From: an uncultured Bacteriovoracaceae bacterium
GTDB lineage: Bacteria > Bdellovibrionota > UBA1018
Assembly: GCA_964364175.1 (NCBI GenBank)
Contig: CAYILR010000020.1
Span: forward strand, 7,302-71,301
Direction of reading: 5' to 3'
DNA: 64,000 nucleotides
Made by a program: the position numbers and the translations under genes. Below are positions 46,670-57,874 of the stretch, in pieces. Below the pieces are notes generated by a model. The model did not search any database and was not told the origin of the DNA. It saw only the letters and a program-made list of their open reading frames with translations. Numbering within the stretch: the stretch's first letter is position 1; every line of letters begins with the position of its first letter.

Positions 46670-47746
46670 TTGCTGAGGATTCATCTGCTAGGAAGGCAGA
46701 GAAGACATCCTGGATGGATTTGGGTGAGCCGCGCGCTGGCAAGTGTGTTTTTTTGTTTTTTTCTCAACGCGGTACTGGGCTGCAGTGCTCCCAAAAAGGA
46801 CTCGACCCCTCTCGGAAAAAAAGCAGCAATCGATAGCGTAAATAATTTCCTGAGCACACAACAGTGTGGAAAGGCGATCGACGAAATTGAACCCGTGTAC
46901 AACTCGTCGGCAAGTGACAATGAAGTTCGCTTTGCCCGGTCCAATGCTCATGCTTGCGCGGCAGGTGTAGATTTTATCGGAACCAATTTAGGTTTGGCTA
47001 CGGGAGGGTCGTTGTCGGGCTCTGGGTTCTGGTCGAATCTGGCGAAAATTTTCCCAAAGGCAGTTCCAATTCCCGGCGTTCCTGACAGCCAAGTGGAAAA
47101 TGCGTGGAAAGCCCAAGATGCGTTGATGGCGATGCTACTGTCAGGAACTGTAGTTCCCGACAAATATAAAAATGATGAATATGATTTACATGATCAACCC
47201 TCGCATAATGTGGGTTCGCTCGTAACCACGCAGCGAACAGACGATTCTAATTTATACATGATTTATGCATCGATGGCTGCGATGGGAGCTTTGCAAAATC
47301 GATACAGTGGGACAATTCCTAGAACAGGCACTAAGAATTTTCCGCTGGGTTACAAAAACTATGCAACGGATGGATGGCAGAAAATTGCAAATATGGACAT
47401 AGAGGGCTGCTCGTTTGCAGGTTCATTTTTGTTGATGTTGGATGGGATTATCGCGAGTTCACGTTCTCTGGGCAAACTTAGGAATGCTTTGAGTCAGGTT
47501 GAGACACTTGCAACCTACATCAACAATGCCTGCGAGTTGGGTTGTCAGGGCTCTGTGCCGTCGGGATATCCAGGAACCGGGACGGGATGCAGTGGCATCC
47601 CCTCTGGAGCCTGCAATCCTTGCCCGTTTAGTTTGCGACGACGGACTTCGTGTACGACCAAGGTGGATAATCGCGAGGGTTGTGCTGCTGCTGGCATTGC
47701 GTACTTTGTCACGAACGATCCTTCGTTTGGATGGCTGGGTCCGTGA
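46670..47746 (+). CDS. Cys-rich lipoprotein, hypothetical
   Basis: The signal peptide has a lipobox (AVLGCS). Confidence 0.45.
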   Translation: MLRIHLLGRQRRHPGWIWVSRALASVFFCFFLNAVLGCSAPKKDSTPLGKKAAIDSVNNFLSTQQCGKAIDEIEPVYNSSASDNEVRFARSNAHACAAGVDFIGTNLGLATGGSLSGSGFWSNLAKIFPKAVPIPGVPDSQVENAWKAQDALMAMLLSGTVVPDKYKNDEYDLHDQPSHNVGSLVTTQRTDDSNLYMIYASMAAMGALQNRYSGTIPRTGTKNFPLGYKNYATDGWQKIANMDIEGCSFAGSFLLMLDGIIASSRSLGKLRNALSQVETLATYINNACELGCQGSVPSGYPGTGTGCSGIPSGACNPCPFSLRRRTSCTTKVDNREGCAAAGIAYFVTNDPSFGWLGP

Positions 47747-48864
47747 GGTATTTGAAAAAAAATCTCACATTTTATTTTTTTTCCGGAATGGTGTGGGTGG
47801 CGTTGATCGGCGAATCAGCATTCGCGTACGAACCCGAGTATCGTCCTCTCTATCGAGGCGCTCGAGCTATGGCTATGGGTGGATCCTATGTTGCTTTGGC
47901 TGATGATGAACAAGCTATTTTTTATAATCCCGCGGGCATGGCAGGAATACGAACTCCTCAGTTCAGGTATGCTTCGATGGATGCTGTCGTAGGAACTTCG
48001 CTCATCAATAAATACGAAGAAGCGGCCGCGCAGGTTGCAGAAATTTCTGGAGTCAGCGCTGACAGTTTAAATATTTTGATGGGAAAAGATATTTATTCCC
48101 AGGGACAGCTTGCTGCAACTTTGGTCGCTCCCAACGTTGGATTTGCTTATTTGATCGATGGCCAAGGTTCATTCATGTTGCGTAATTCTGCCGCCCCGGT
48201 GTTGGACATGGGCTATCAGATTACACATGGCGTTCAAATAGCGACAGGAATATCGCTAGCAGGCCGCAGGCAGAAGAAACGTTGGGATTTCCGAGTGGGA
48301 GTCGCCGGAAAATGGATGTACCGCAGGGGAGGGTACGAGACTCTTCATCTTTCTGAGGTGATGCAAATTCGGAAAGATTTTCTGGCAACGTTGGCTCCCG
48401 GGTTTGGCAGTGGATATGGAGGAGATTTAGGTGTTCAGGCCATCCGGTATTTAGACAATCGTCGCTGGAAATTAATGGCAGGTGCTGCTTTTACTGATGT
48501 GGGTAGCACGATTTTCACTGGAGCAGAAAAGGTAGATAATCAGCAGGGAAACCTGAGTGCTGGAGTGGCCGCTCAACTCAAAGTGGGGGAATTTCTCACC
48601 ACCACGCTCTCTTATGAAATGAATCAGATCAATTATTCAAATATTGATTGGCGCAAAAGAAATCACATTGGATTTGAAATGACATTCCCATTTATTTCTC
48701 TGATGGGCGGGATCAATCAAGTCTTCTTGACCTATGGCGCACGGTTCGATTTATGGATTTTCAATATCACTTTGTATTCGTATCAAGAGGAATTGAATAC
48801 GTTGGTGAATCAGTATCCGCAGCGGCGGTATGGGATCAATGCTACTTTGAAGTTTGATATTTAA
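47731..48864 (+). CDS. Outer-membrane beta-barrel protein, FadL/OMPP1-like family (tentative)
   Basis: The ORF track starts at 47680, but the likely start is MAGSVRYL at 47731. It has a signal peptide, the motif AMAMGGSYVALADDEQAIFYNPAGMA, and an aromatic-rich C-terminus. Confidence 0.5.
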   Translation: MAGSVRYLKKNLTFYFFSGMVWVALIGESAFAYEPEYRPLYRGARAMAMGGSYVALADDEQAIFYNPAGMAGIRTPQFRYASMDAVVGTSLINKYEEAAAQVAEISGVSADSLNILMGKDIYSQGQLAATLVAPNVGFAYLIDGQGSFMLRNSAAPVLDMGYQITHGVQIATGISLAGRRQKKRWDFRVGVAGKWMYRRGGYETLHLSEVMQIRKDFLATLAPGFGSGYGGDLGVQAIRYLDNRRWKLMAGAAFTDVGSTIFTGAEKVDNQQGNLSAGVAAQLKVGEFLTTTLSYEMNQINYSNIDWRKRNHIGFEMTFPFISLMGGINQVFLTYGARFDLWIFNITLYSYQEELNTLVNQYPQRRYGINATLKFDI

Positions 48865-48865
48865 A

Positions 48866-49335
48866 TCGGTGAACAGTGTACTGTGAACGGTGAACTGTAA
48901 CTGTTGACCGTGTACGGTCACGGTGCGCAGTTTTTGCACAGTCGGTAAATGTGGGCGCCAAGAACATCTGCCTGTTGAATCAATTCGGGTGTTCCTGAGA
49001 GTAAGAGCAAGCATTGGACTTCACGCAGTGAGCCCAGAGCGGTTCGTAAGTTCTAAAATTAACAAAAACTTCTGGCAATCAGGCAAACGGGCAGGCAGGC
49101 AAACTGGTTACAGGTACAGGTAACTGGGCACCGTTACTGTAAACCGTACACTGTTCACAGTTAACTGATCTTGGATCTTTCTGGAAATTCACAAATTTTG
49201 AAAACATCAGATCCACTCGCAGCTTCACTCTATCGATTGATTCAGAACCCTGGAGGCTCATCCTGATGCCTGAACCCGATACCCGATACCCGAACCTGAA
49301 ACCAGCTTGCCCGTTTGCCAGTCTGCCTGAAGTAT
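48866..49335. other. Long non-coding dyad-symmetric intergenic region between convergent genes
   Basis: GTGAACAGTGTAC (48870-48882) reappears as its reverse complement GTACACTGTTCAC (49148-49160). The block CAGGCAAACGGGCAGGCAGGCAAACTGG (49079-49106) has an inverted partner at 49262-49330. There is no credible ORF. Confidence 0.4.
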
Positions 49336-49341
49336 TGTCCC

Positions 49342-50322
49342 CTACTGTTTCGGGCAAATCGCCTCAAGCGATTGTGTCCGGCTAGGATCTATAAGAATCC
49401 CCTGAGTGATCAGTAAGTTGACTTGCTTCATCCCAAGATGCTCGGGGAGTTCTTGAACTTTTTCTGTGTATCTATTTTTTTGTCTTCGAATCCACCACGT
49501 GTCCAGGTTGGGGCAGTGGGTCATCAAGTAGGGCTTCACCTTGCTGAAAAGGTTGGCCAACATATGCGAGGGGTAAAAAGACTCATCCCAATAAGGATTG
49601 ATATAAGGTTCAAGATTGATTCTTCGTGAAAGTTCCCAGCCTCTGAGTGTTTGTTGCAAGAGGGGATCTTTACCTTCGCAAAAGCTTCGCAGGTAATTCA
49701 TGCCTTGGAAGTTGGATTCGAGATCGGCATAGGAGAACACCCCGCTCGAAGTGTATCCAAAGAAATTATTTTCGGTGTAGATCCCATAGTTCACCCCTGC
49801 CAGGATCGCTTGATTTTTTGTTCCGCCGGTCCGCAGTGTCTCTAGGTATCTTTTTAAATATTCTCCGCCCACTGTAATGAAATGGCTGAGTTTGTCAGTG
49901 CCAAAACGAACATCGTAGACTTCCATTGTTTTTCCCAAAGGTAAAAATCTTCGGAAAAAAGCCTCGCGGTACACAGATGTCTCTGTTGTCGAGTTTCTTT
50001 CGAACTTGTACGAAGGGAAGGTGTCGACTTCGCCTCGATCGAATGCCCAATCTTCAATGTGATCAATAAAAGAAAGCGTGCTCTTCTCTGTTTTGGAGAT
50101 TTCTAAAGCGATGGACCAGCAGTCCCTGGATTTCCAATTGCGGCCTTGGTTGACTCTTTGGAGTACCGAATTGGTTTGTTTTTCGAGATAAGATTCTAGA
50201 GCATGACTGGAGTCGTTCAGGTGTTCTCCCCAGGCCATGTATTGATCGGTTTCGAGAGCCGAGCTTGTGACAGAAATCAAAAACACGGTCATGGGGATGG
50301 CCAAACGAAGCGGATACGACAT
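49342..50322 (-). CDS. Secreted hypothetical protein
   Basis: It has a signal peptide (MTVFLISVTSSA). Confidence 0.45.
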   Translation of the reverse strand: MSYPLRLAIPMTVFLISVTSSALETDQYMAWGEHLNDSSHALESYLEKQTNSVLQRVNQGRNWKSRDCWSIALEISKTEKSTLSFIDHIEDWAFDRGEVDTFPSYKFERNSTTETSVYREAFFRRFLPLGKTMEVYDVRFGTDKLSHFITVGGEYLKRYLETLRTGGTKNQAILAGVNYGIYTENNFFGYTSSGVFSYADLESNFQGMNYLRSFCEGKDPLLQQTLRGWELSRRINLEPYINPYWDESFYPSHMLANLFSKVKPYLMTHCPNLDTWWIRRQKNRYTEKVQELPEHLGMKQVNLLITQGILIDPSRTQSLEAICPKQ

Positions 50323-50405
50323 ATTAAAACTCTTTTAGGCTAGAAATTAATTTCAGCGTTTATTACACAGCGATTAAAACAAATCAATGTGAATAAGGCA
50401 CAATG

Positions 50406-52013
50406 CTACATCCGGAAGACGCCAAACCGGGTTTCTTCGATCGGCGCATTGAGGGTGCTGGAAAGAGCCAGTCCAAGTACATCCCTGGTCTTCCAGGGGG
50501 TGAGGATTCCGTCGTCCCAAAGCCTGGCGGTGCTCGAATAAGGGCTGCCTTCCCGTTCGTATTGCTCTCGGATCGGATCCTGGATTTTCGCGATTTCGGC
50601 TGCAGACAGGGTTTTGCCCTGGGCTTGGAGCTGTTCCACTTTGACCTGGCTGAGGACATTGGCGGCCTGTTCCCCGCCCATCACAGAAATTCTCGAGTTG
50701 GGCCACATCCACATGAATCGAGGTTGATAGGCTCTACCGCACATCCCATAGTTTCCAGCCCCATAGCTTCCACCGATCACGACCGTGAATTTGGGTACAT
50801 TGACCGTCGAAACAGCAGTCACCATTTTTGCACCGTCCCGGGCGATTCCGCCCGATTCGTATTTTTTTCCCACCATGAATCCGGTGATGTTTTGAAGGAA
50901 TAGTAGGGGCGTTTTGCGCTGACCACAGAGCTCCACAAAGTGGGCTACCTTGAGGGCGGTCTCGCTAAACAAGATTCCGTTGCTCGCGACAATCCCAATT
51001 GGCCAACCCCAGAGATGCGCAAATCCGCACACCACAGTGGTTGCATAAAGAGGCTTGAATTCATGAAATTCCGATCCATCCACCAGCCGAGCAATGATCT
51101 CTCGCGCATCAAAAGGCTTGCGGAGGTCAGTCGGTAGTATCCCTGCAATTTCTTTTGGATCGTAGAGGGGATCCACGGGGGTTTTGCGAGTGATCTGCGC
51201 ACCCGGACCGCGGTTCAGATGAGCAATGATCGATCGGGCAATTTCAAGAGCATGCTCGTCGTTTTCTGCCAAGTGGTCGGCGACACCTGAGGTACGGGCA
51301 TGGACATCACCGCCCCCCAGTTCCTCGGCAGTGACTGTCTCTCCAGTGGCAGCTTTGACCAAAGGGGGTCCACCCAAGAAAATCGTTCCCTGATTCCGCA
51401 CAATGATCGTCTCGTCCGACATCGCGGGGACGTATGCGCCGCCGGCAGTGCACGAACCCATGACCACAGCAATCTGTGGAATTCCCATCGAAGACATTTG
51501 TGCCTGGTTATAGAAAATCCGCCCGAAATGTTCTCGATCTGGAAATACCTCGGCCTGCATCGGCAGGAATGCCCCGCCGGAATCGACCAGGTAAACGCAG
51601 GGCAATCGATTCTCACGAGCAACTTCTTGAGCGCGTAGGTGTTTTTTTACTGTGAGTGGAAAGTAAGTTCCGCCTTTCACCGTGGCGTCGTTGGCGACGA
51701 CCATGACCTCACGGCCATGGACTACACCAATTCCTGTAATAATGCCGGCTCCTGGAGCTGTTCCATCGTACATGTCCCAGGCGGCGAGAGGAGATAGTTC
51801 TAAGAAAGGAGTTCCGGGATCTAGCAAGCCCTGAACTCGCTCGCGAGCGGGGAGTTTGCCTCTTTTTTTATGTCGGTCGATGGATTCTTGGCCGCCGCCC
51901 AGTCGAACTTGAGCCAGCCGATCGTCCAGCTCTTGCGCTAGCTTCTGGTGGTGAGCGGCGTTGGTTTTGAACTCAGGTGACTGAGTTTGAACACTGGATG
52001 AGATCACAGGCAT
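50406..52013 (-). CDS. Methylcrotonyl-CoA carboxylase carboxyltransferase (beta) subunit
   Basis: It belongs to the acyl-CoA carboxyltransferase family. At 535 aa it is the length typical of MccB/LiuB. Confidence 0.85.
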   Translation of the reverse strand: MPVISSSVQTQSPEFKTNAAHHQKLAQELDDRLAQVRLGGGQESIDRHKKRGKLPARERVQGLLDPGTPFLELSPLAAWDMYDGTAPGAGIITGIGVVHGREVMVVANDATVKGGTYFPLTVKKHLRAQEVARENRLPCVYLVDSGGAFLPMQAEVFPDREHFGRIFYNQAQMSSMGIPQIAVVMGSCTAGGAYVPAMSDETIIVRNQGTIFLGGPPLVKAATGETVTAEELGGGDVHARTSGVADHLAENDEHALEIARSIIAHLNRGPGAQITRKTPVDPLYDPKEIAGILPTDLRKPFDAREIIARLVDGSEFHEFKPLYATTVVCGFAHLWGWPIGIVASNGILFSETALKVAHFVELCGQRKTPLLFLQNITGFMVGKKYESGGIARDGAKMVTAVSTVNVPKFTVVIGGSYGAGNYGMCGRAYQPRFMWMWPNSRISVMGGEQAANVLSQVKVEQLQAQGKTLSAAEIAKIQDPIREQYEREGSPYSSTARLWDDGILTPWKTRDVLGLALSSTLNAPIEETRFGVFRM

Positions 52014-52046
52014 AGGGCTGAACCTTTCAGCCCCAAGTTACACACT

Positions 52047-52952
52047 CTAGATAGCTTGATCAACACTTTCGATGGTGTGAGCGGTTCCTTGTCGGAGGCT
52101 ATCGATGTAAAGGCTGCAAGAATACTCAGCTCCGGTTCGAGTACAGAGGATGTTTTGTCCTTTTTTCGCATCGGCTCCGGTTTTTGTTCTCACAGGAGCA
52201 ATATGCATGTTTCCGTAGAGGGCGAACGCATCGTAACCACTGAAACTGATCACGGCATAACCGCCGCCCTCTTGGTCGTACCCTGTGCATGCAGTCACTG
52301 GACGGAATTGAACGCTTAGCTGAAGATTTGTGGATGAATGTTCTGGGAATGCACCAGGAGCTGCACTGTGATCGGCTTTAACATTTGTGGTGATCGTATT
52401 AGCGCTACCAGTTCGGTAATTGATGTAGACATAACATTCGTAGATTGAGTTCTGAGGTGCGGATGTTTTTGCTCCTTCAAAACAAGCAACGTTTTGGCCT
52501 TTTTTGACATTAGGGGCGACCCAACCGGTGGCGGGGTTGCCTCGTTCTGGAATGATTTGGAGAGCATTGTAGAGAGCTTTTCCGTCTTGGCCAGGAAGGC
52601 GGACGTATCCCCAATTCGTTGTGCTGGGGTAACTGAGGTGCAAGTTGTTGCCGAAATAATCATTGCGGGGCGTGGGTTTTTTCTCAGTTGGTCCAGTAGG
52701 GGTTGTTGGGGTTGGGGCAGTTTGGTTTTGACCTGCAATCGCAGCGTTTTGTAAGTGGTTTTGTGCGTTGGGATCAGGGTTTTGAGTGCCGTTGCCAGCT
52801 GTTGGATGTGCTTCGCCGCCTTTAGCAGTAGCTGCATGGGGATCTTGCTGCGCTTTTCGATAAAGCGAAACATCCAGATAATCTTTTCCGCAACCGACAA
52901 TCGTCGTCGCACCAATCAGCAATCCAACAGAAACAGCATTTCGTAACTTCAT
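52047..52952 (-). CDS. Lipoprotein with an internal sequence duplication, hypothetical
   Basis: The lipobox is IVGCG, and KKGQN...C... repeat modules are present. Confidence 0.45.
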   Translation of the reverse strand: MKLRNAVSVGLLIGATTIVGCGKDYLDVSLYRKAQQDPHAATAKGGEAHPTAGNGTQNPDPNAQNHLQNAAIAGQNQTAPTPTTPTGPTEKKPTPRNDYFGNNLHLSYPSTTNWGYVRLPGQDGKALYNALQIIPERGNPATGWVAPNVKKGQNVACFEGAKTSAPQNSIYECYVYINYRTGSANTITTNVKADHSAAPGAFPEHSSTNLQLSVQFRPVTACTGYDQEGGGYAVISFSGYDAFALYGNMHIAPVRTKTGADAKKGQNILCTRTGAEYSCSLYIDSLRQGTAHTIESVDQAI

Positions 52953-53300
52953 AAAAAAATACCTCTTACGGAGGTGCATAGTACTTTAGTTGAGTTAATT
53001 AGTCAAGAAATTTAAATTATGTTTATTGATTCCCGAAAACAGAACAAAAAACACAAAAAATTGTTGTTAATCAAGTTAAACCATTGAACCAACTTGTCCA
53101 AGCAACACAACTGAGTATTAGTGCTTGGATTACTAATTTAGTGGGTAAGAATTTCGAACGCTTCTCTGAAAACTCCCTATCGCCAACACCCATCACAATC
53201 ACAAAATCGGCTTTTATTGGGAAGTGGGAAAAGGGCGGGTGCGGGAGCGCCCGCCCAATTGATTCCAAAACACTCGATTGTACCCTATTCGTAGCTTCGT

Positions 53301-53795
53301 TTAAGGTTGGTAGTCCACATCAGGGGGCGGGAGATCTGTATGGCACGCAAGTTTCGTGTAAAATGCCTCGCCACCGATATCGTCATTGTTCCCCATCACT
53401 GCTTTCAACTGCAGGTCTTTGGGGTCCATGAAAAGCATAAAAGTGTAGCCGTTCCCGTATGATCCATCAAAAATGACTTCGTAATTATATCCGCCCCCGT
53501 ATGGATTTTTCCGAAACTCTACCCACTTGAGTTTCTCGGGGTAATACTCTGAGAAATTTGGAATCGAAATGCCACGGATAGACTTCCAGGGAGATTGCCA
53601 ATCAGAAAATTTAAGAACGATCTTGGGTCGACGATCGTTGCTAACATCAATGTGAGCTGCAATCGGGACACGCGAGCTTCTAGGAAGATACTGGCCAACG
53701 CCTTCGCAGGTAATTATTTTTTGGTTCTCGATGGGACTTGATGCAAGGGCTAATCCGTTAGATAAAATCATGCAAAAAAAAATAATTTTTTTCAT
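53301..53795 (-). CDS. Secreted hypothetical protein
   Basis: It has a signal peptide (MKKIIFFCMILSNGLALA). Confidence 0.4.
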   Translation of the reverse strand: MKKIIFFCMILSNGLALASSPIENQKIITCEGVGQYLPRSSRVPIAAHIDVSNDRRPKIVLKFSDWQSPWKSIRGISIPNFSEYYPEKLKWVEFRKNPYGGGYNYEVIFDGSYGNGYTFMLFMDPKDLQLKAVMGNNDDIGGEAFYTKLACHTDLPPPDVDYQP

Positions 53796-54189
53796 GACGG
53801 AAAACTAACATTCTGTACCGAAAAAGTCAAATTTTATATCTAGTTTTTATTTAATACGAAATAACTTATAAGTACGAATTTGAGTGGAATGATTCAATAA
53901 CAATCGTTGTTATTCAGACGTTCGGATGGAATTTTGAATGGAATGTTTTTAAAAAAAATGGGTGTGATCCAGTTTTTTATTGACGTTATTTGAACTGATT
54001 TATTTCGATAGCATCGAATTTTTTGTGCGTGTGAAATAGGTTTTTAATGCCAAATACTACTTCGTTCGTCCTGAGTCATTTTTGGAGCTCTGATTGGAAA
54101 TTTCCTGTCGTTTTTTTGATTTTGAAGTTCGTTAAAAATAGCATTTTTAAAACCTGTGTTACCTTTCTTCTTCGAAAGGAAAACAGCCC

Positions 54190-54459
54190 ATGAAAACCCA
54201 ATTTTACTCTCTCCGCGACCAAATTCTAGTTTCCGAAACGAGAAAACTCGTTGCTCAAGAACAGCAAATCGTCGATCAGGTTCTTGATTATTTACAGGAA
54301 ATTTATTCTCGCAGAGTTCATCTCAAGATGGGGTACTCGTCTCTGACTCAATTTTGTATTAAGGAGTTGGGCTATAGTCCCGGTACTGCACAAACTCGGG
54401 TGGATGCGCTGGAGCCGTTAACCCCCCCAATTAAAAGCAGTGATTTTTTATTGAGCTAG
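54190..54459 (+). pseudogene. Truncated paralog of the DUF222/HNH endonuclease gene (N-terminal fragment only)
   Basis: The 89-aa fragment aligns with the N-terminus of the 15224 gene (KLVAQEQ.IVDQVLD.L.E...RR..LKMGYSS...FC.KELGYS.GTAQ.R.DAL). Confidence 0.5.
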
Positions 54460-54527
54460 CTGATGGGGTGTGCTACTCGGCCTTTGGATAATAAATGGCA
54501 ATCAATTTTTTGAGGAGATTTGCATGA

Positions 54528-55054
54528 AATTTGTCACTCGATTTTTAGTCATGGCTACCTTCATTTTAGGCGTCAGTGCCTATGCGACGGAGACTGTTTC
54601 CCCAATGGAGTGTACGGGACCGCAAACTGTTTATGACAAAATCAAAGCTCTCTACGTGGAAGGAACATTGCCGCAGTTCACTCCCTACCTGGAGAAGTTG
54701 ACCTCGGGTCGTTGTTTTCTCAAGAAAGACCCGAATGCCCCCATAGCGGCGTATTTTGCTCCCAACGAGAAAAATGACTTGGGTCCTATTGATCCTACTC
54801 CTCAATATGAGGGAGCTATTCAATATAATCACAACTTGGAACCTGGATATTTTGATGATTCGAAGGTTACTCTGAGCAACAATCACGTAGCAGCGTGGAG
54901 AGTTCGGCTCATATTGTCGGATGATCGCACCTATGTCATGAACTACGAATCAAAAGAGAAACTCTTCGTGCGTAGTTCAGGTTCTTTTTTAGTGGCAATT
55001 GCAACTGCCGATGATCAGGAAACGGCCGTCTGTTACTTCTTTAAAACTCATTGA
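54528..55054 (+). CDS. Secreted hypothetical protein
   Basis: The ORF track starts at 54470, but the likely start is MKFVTRFL at 54528, and the product has a signal peptide. Confidence 0.4.
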
Positions 55055-55128
55055 GAAGCTGCCCAAGACTCAGCATTGACAATCCCCATTGATCCCAGGA
55101 TAACTGGGGCTCACGAGGGGATTCTGCT

Positions 55129-55938
55129 ATGAGTTATGAGACGCTAGTCACTCAATTGGATGCTCGAGGTGTGCTATACGTGCGCCTAAACCGACCGGAC
55201 GTTCGCAATGCATTTAACGAAAAAGTGATTACTGAACTTTATCAAGTTTTTACCAAAGACGCGGTGAAACCCGAAGTTCGCGTGGCTGTCCTGAGCGGGA
55301 ATGGTCCGGTGTTTTGCGCGGGCGGTGATCTGAACTGGATGAAGGAATCTGTCGATCTGACTCTCGAACAGAATCTTGCAGACACCCGCAAATTGGCGGA
55401 GCTTTTCAGAACGATGAATGAATTTTCGAAGCCTCTGATCGGTGCAGTTCACGGCGCTGCAATTGGGGGCGGGGTCGGATTGGTGAGCATTTGTGATGTG
55501 GTAATCGCTTCCACTGAAACTCAATTCAGTTTGAGTGAAGTTCGGTTGGGGATCGTCCCGGCCTGCATTGGCCCGTTCGTCGTGGCGAAAATCGGCCCCT
55601 CTCATGCACGCGGAATGTTCATGAGTGCCGAGAGATTTTCTGCGGAGCGAGCACGAGAAATTGGGTTGATTCATGAGGTGGTGAACGATCCGGCATGTCT
55701 TGAGGCCTCGATTGAGAAAACCCTTGCTCGAATGCTGGATTGTGGTCCTCAAGCAATGGCGATTGCGAAAAAATTAGTTCTGGATTTGAGCTGGCCCGAG
55801 AAACGTTCCAAACTGGGTGACTGCCTGGAATATGTGGCGAAAGTCTTGGCCGAAGTGCGAGCCTCGGCCGAAGGCCAAGAGGGTGTGCGCGCCTTTCTCG
55901 AAAAACGAAAACCCAACTGGATTAAGAGCGCCAAGTGA
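55129..55938 (+). CDS. Enoyl-CoA hydratase (methylglutaconyl-CoA hydratase-like)
   Basis: It has the crotonase fold and the motifs AVHGAAIGGG and CAGGDL. Confidence 0.85.
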   Translation: MSYETLVTQLDARGVLYVRLNRPDVRNAFNEKVITELYQVFTKDAVKPEVRVAVLSGNGPVFCAGGDLNWMKESVDLTLEQNLADTRKLAELFRTMNEFSKPLIGAVHGAAIGGGVGLVSICDVVIASTETQFSLSEVRLGIVPACIGPFVVAKIGPSHARGMFMSAERFSAERAREIGLIHEVVNDPACLEASIEKTLARMLDCGPQAMAIAKKLVLDLSWPEKRSKLGDCLEYVAKVLAEVRASAEGQEGVRAFLEKRKPNWIKSAK

Positions 55939-57404
55939 AAATGAAGCTTTTGGTCGCCAACCGATCCGAGATTGCTTGCCGGATTTTTCAGGCCTGTCGT
56001 GAATTGGGAATATCAACTGTGGCTGTGTACGCACCCGGTGATGAGGAAGCACGGCATCTGACTTACGCGGACGAAGTCATCGAGGTTTCAAGTTATCTCA
56101 AAGTCGAAGAAGTGGTTGGTGCAGCCCGATCCAGCGGATCCAATCTCGTTCATCCGGGATATGGGTTTCTGTCGGAACGTCCCGTTTTTGCACGTACAGT
56201 GGAAGCTGCGGGAATCACGTTCGTCGGTCCACGAGCCGAAACAATGGAAGCTCTCGGCGGAAAAATCGATGCCAAGGAACTCGCGGCGAAACTCGGCGTG
56301 CCTATTTTGCCGTGGGCGCGGGTGGCACAAGGGCAAGACATTAAAAAAGCTGCACGAACCGTGGGATTTCCGCTGTTGCTCAAAGCGGCTTCTGGCGGTG
56401 GCGGCAAAGGCATGCGTCGAGTGACACGCGAAGAGGATCTCGAGTCGGCGGCAGAGAGCGCAAGCGCAGAGGCTGTGTCTGCATTTGGTGATGGCACCTT
56501 GTTTTTGGAAAAACTGGTTGAAAAACCCCGCCACATCGAAGTCCAGGTTTTCGGGGATGGATTAGGCGGCGTAGTTCATCTTCATGAGCGCGAATGTTCG
56601 TTGCAAAGGCGCCATCAAAAAATTTGGGAAGAAGCTACGGCGCCGAATCTTTCGGATGCTACACGCAAAGGTTTGCAAGAGGCGGCGCTCAAACTATCTC
56701 AGCATGTGAAATACCGCAGCGCAGGCACTTTGGAATTTCTTGTCGACGAAACAGGAGAATTTTATTTCCTCGAAATGAATACGCGGCTTCAAGTCGAGCA
56801 TCCTGTCACTGAACTGGTGACGGGAGTAGATCTCGTTCACGCGCAAATTCAACAGGCGCTGGAACCTAAAAAAAGTCGATTGCCCCAAGTTCAAACCCCG
56901 CGTGGACATGCGATCGAAGTGAGGATTTATGCCGAAGATCCTGCGCTCGGGTTTGTGCCCACTCCTGGCAAGGTAGAGCGCCTGCGCTGGCCAATGGGCC
57001 CCGGGATTCGCGTTGATAGCGGGATTGAAGAAGGCCAAACCGTCGGGACCGGGTTCGATTCAATGTTGGCCAAGCTCATCGTTTCTGCTGAGAATCGCCA
57101 AATGGCGATTGCGCGGATGAAATACGCGCTCGAAGAAACAGTGATTCTCGGACTGGGAACCAATCAAGTTTATCTGCATGCATTGTGTAGCAACTCAGCT
57201 GTTCAAAAAGGACAGGTCTATACGAGCTTCTTGGACAAAGAATTCGCCGCAGAATTCAAACCCCAGATTTCTTCTGATGATTTGGGAATGCTCGCCCAGG
57301 CAGCCCAAAAAGGCTTGCCTGCTGGAGTTTCCTCTGGCGGCACGCCGAGTTCCACCATTGCGTCCCCCTGGAGTTTGATTTCACGCGAAGGGCTGGCTCC
57401 ATGA
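55935..57404 (+). CDS. Biotin carboxylase subunit (BC domain of methylcrotonyl-CoA carboxylase alpha)
   Basis: It has the ATP-grasp motifs KAASGGGGKGMR and EMNTRLQVEHPVTE. Confidence 0.85.
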   Translation: MKMKLLVANRSEIACRIFQACRELGISTVAVYAPGDEEARHLTYADEVIEVSSYLKVEEVVGAARSSGSNLVHPGYGFLSERPVFARTVEAAGITFVGPRAETMEALGGKIDAKELAAKLGVPILPWARVAQGQDIKKAARTVGFPLLLKAASGGGGKGMRRVTREEDLESAAESASAEAVSAFGDGTLFLEKLVEKPRHIEVQVFGDGLGGVVHLHERECSLQRRHQKIWEEATAPNLSDATRKGLQEAALKLSQHVKYRSAGTLEFLVDETGEFYFLEMNTRLQVEHPVTELVTGVDLVHAQIQQALEPKKSRLPQVQTPRGHAIEVRIYAEDPALGFVPTPGKVERLRWPMGPGIRVDSGIEEGQTVGTGFDSMLAKLIVSAENRQMAIARMKYALEETVILGLGTNQVYLHALCSNSAVQKGQVYTSFLDKEFAAEFKPQISSDDLGMLAQAAQKGLPAGVSSGGTPSSTIASPWSLISREGLAP

Positions 57405-57874
57405 AAGAAACATGGAAACTTTCTGGAAAAAAAAATGAACTCACCACCGAGGGGAAGGAAAATGCCGCTCCGTGGACTTACTCTCTCCGCCCAGGAGGTT
57501 GGATCATTGCTCAACGCGGTTCGGAACGCAGGAGATTTCAATTTTTTCGCCGCCCAGGTTGGCAGAGTGCATCAGCAAGCGGACGGCTTTGGTCGGGCGA
57601 GTTGCAACAGAAAACCCATGGTTCCGAGGCAGGGATTGCGGGGACAGATTCTGATCTCAATGCGCAGTTCCCTGGGAAGGTAAGAAAAATTCTCGTGCAA
57701 GCAGGTCAAAAGGTCACAGTGGGACAGCCGCTGATTCTTGTTGAAGCCATGAAAATGGAATTTGAAATCAAAGCGCCATCTGCAGGATTGATTAGCGCGG
57801 TACGCGTGAAGGAAGGTCAGCAGCTCTCTCCTGGTGATCGATTTTTTGATTTTGTGGGAGAAACGTCGGCATGA
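57401..57874 (+). CDS. Biotin carboxyl carrier / biotinyl domain protein
   Basis: The C-terminal biotinylation motif is EAMKME. It overlaps the BC gene by 4 bp. Confidence 0.7.
   Translation: MKETWKLSGKKNELTTEGKENAAPWTYSLRPGGWIIAQRGSERRRFQFFRRPGWQSASASGRLWSGELQQKTHGSEAGIAGTDSDLNAQFPGKVRKILVQAGQKVTVGQPLILVEAMKMEFEIKAPSAGLISAVRVKEGQQLSPGDRFFDFVGETSA

Noticed and set aside
53084-53431. 115-aa ORF in the 52980-53300 intergenic region
   Set aside because: It overlaps the better-supported minus-strand secreted-protein gene (53301..53795), and it has no RBS and no family resemblance.
57435-57683. Alternative 82-aa ORF in the biotin-carboxylase frame inside the BCCP gene
   Set aside because: It is kept only as a flag for a possible frameshift in mccA. 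As a stand-alone gene it is implausible.
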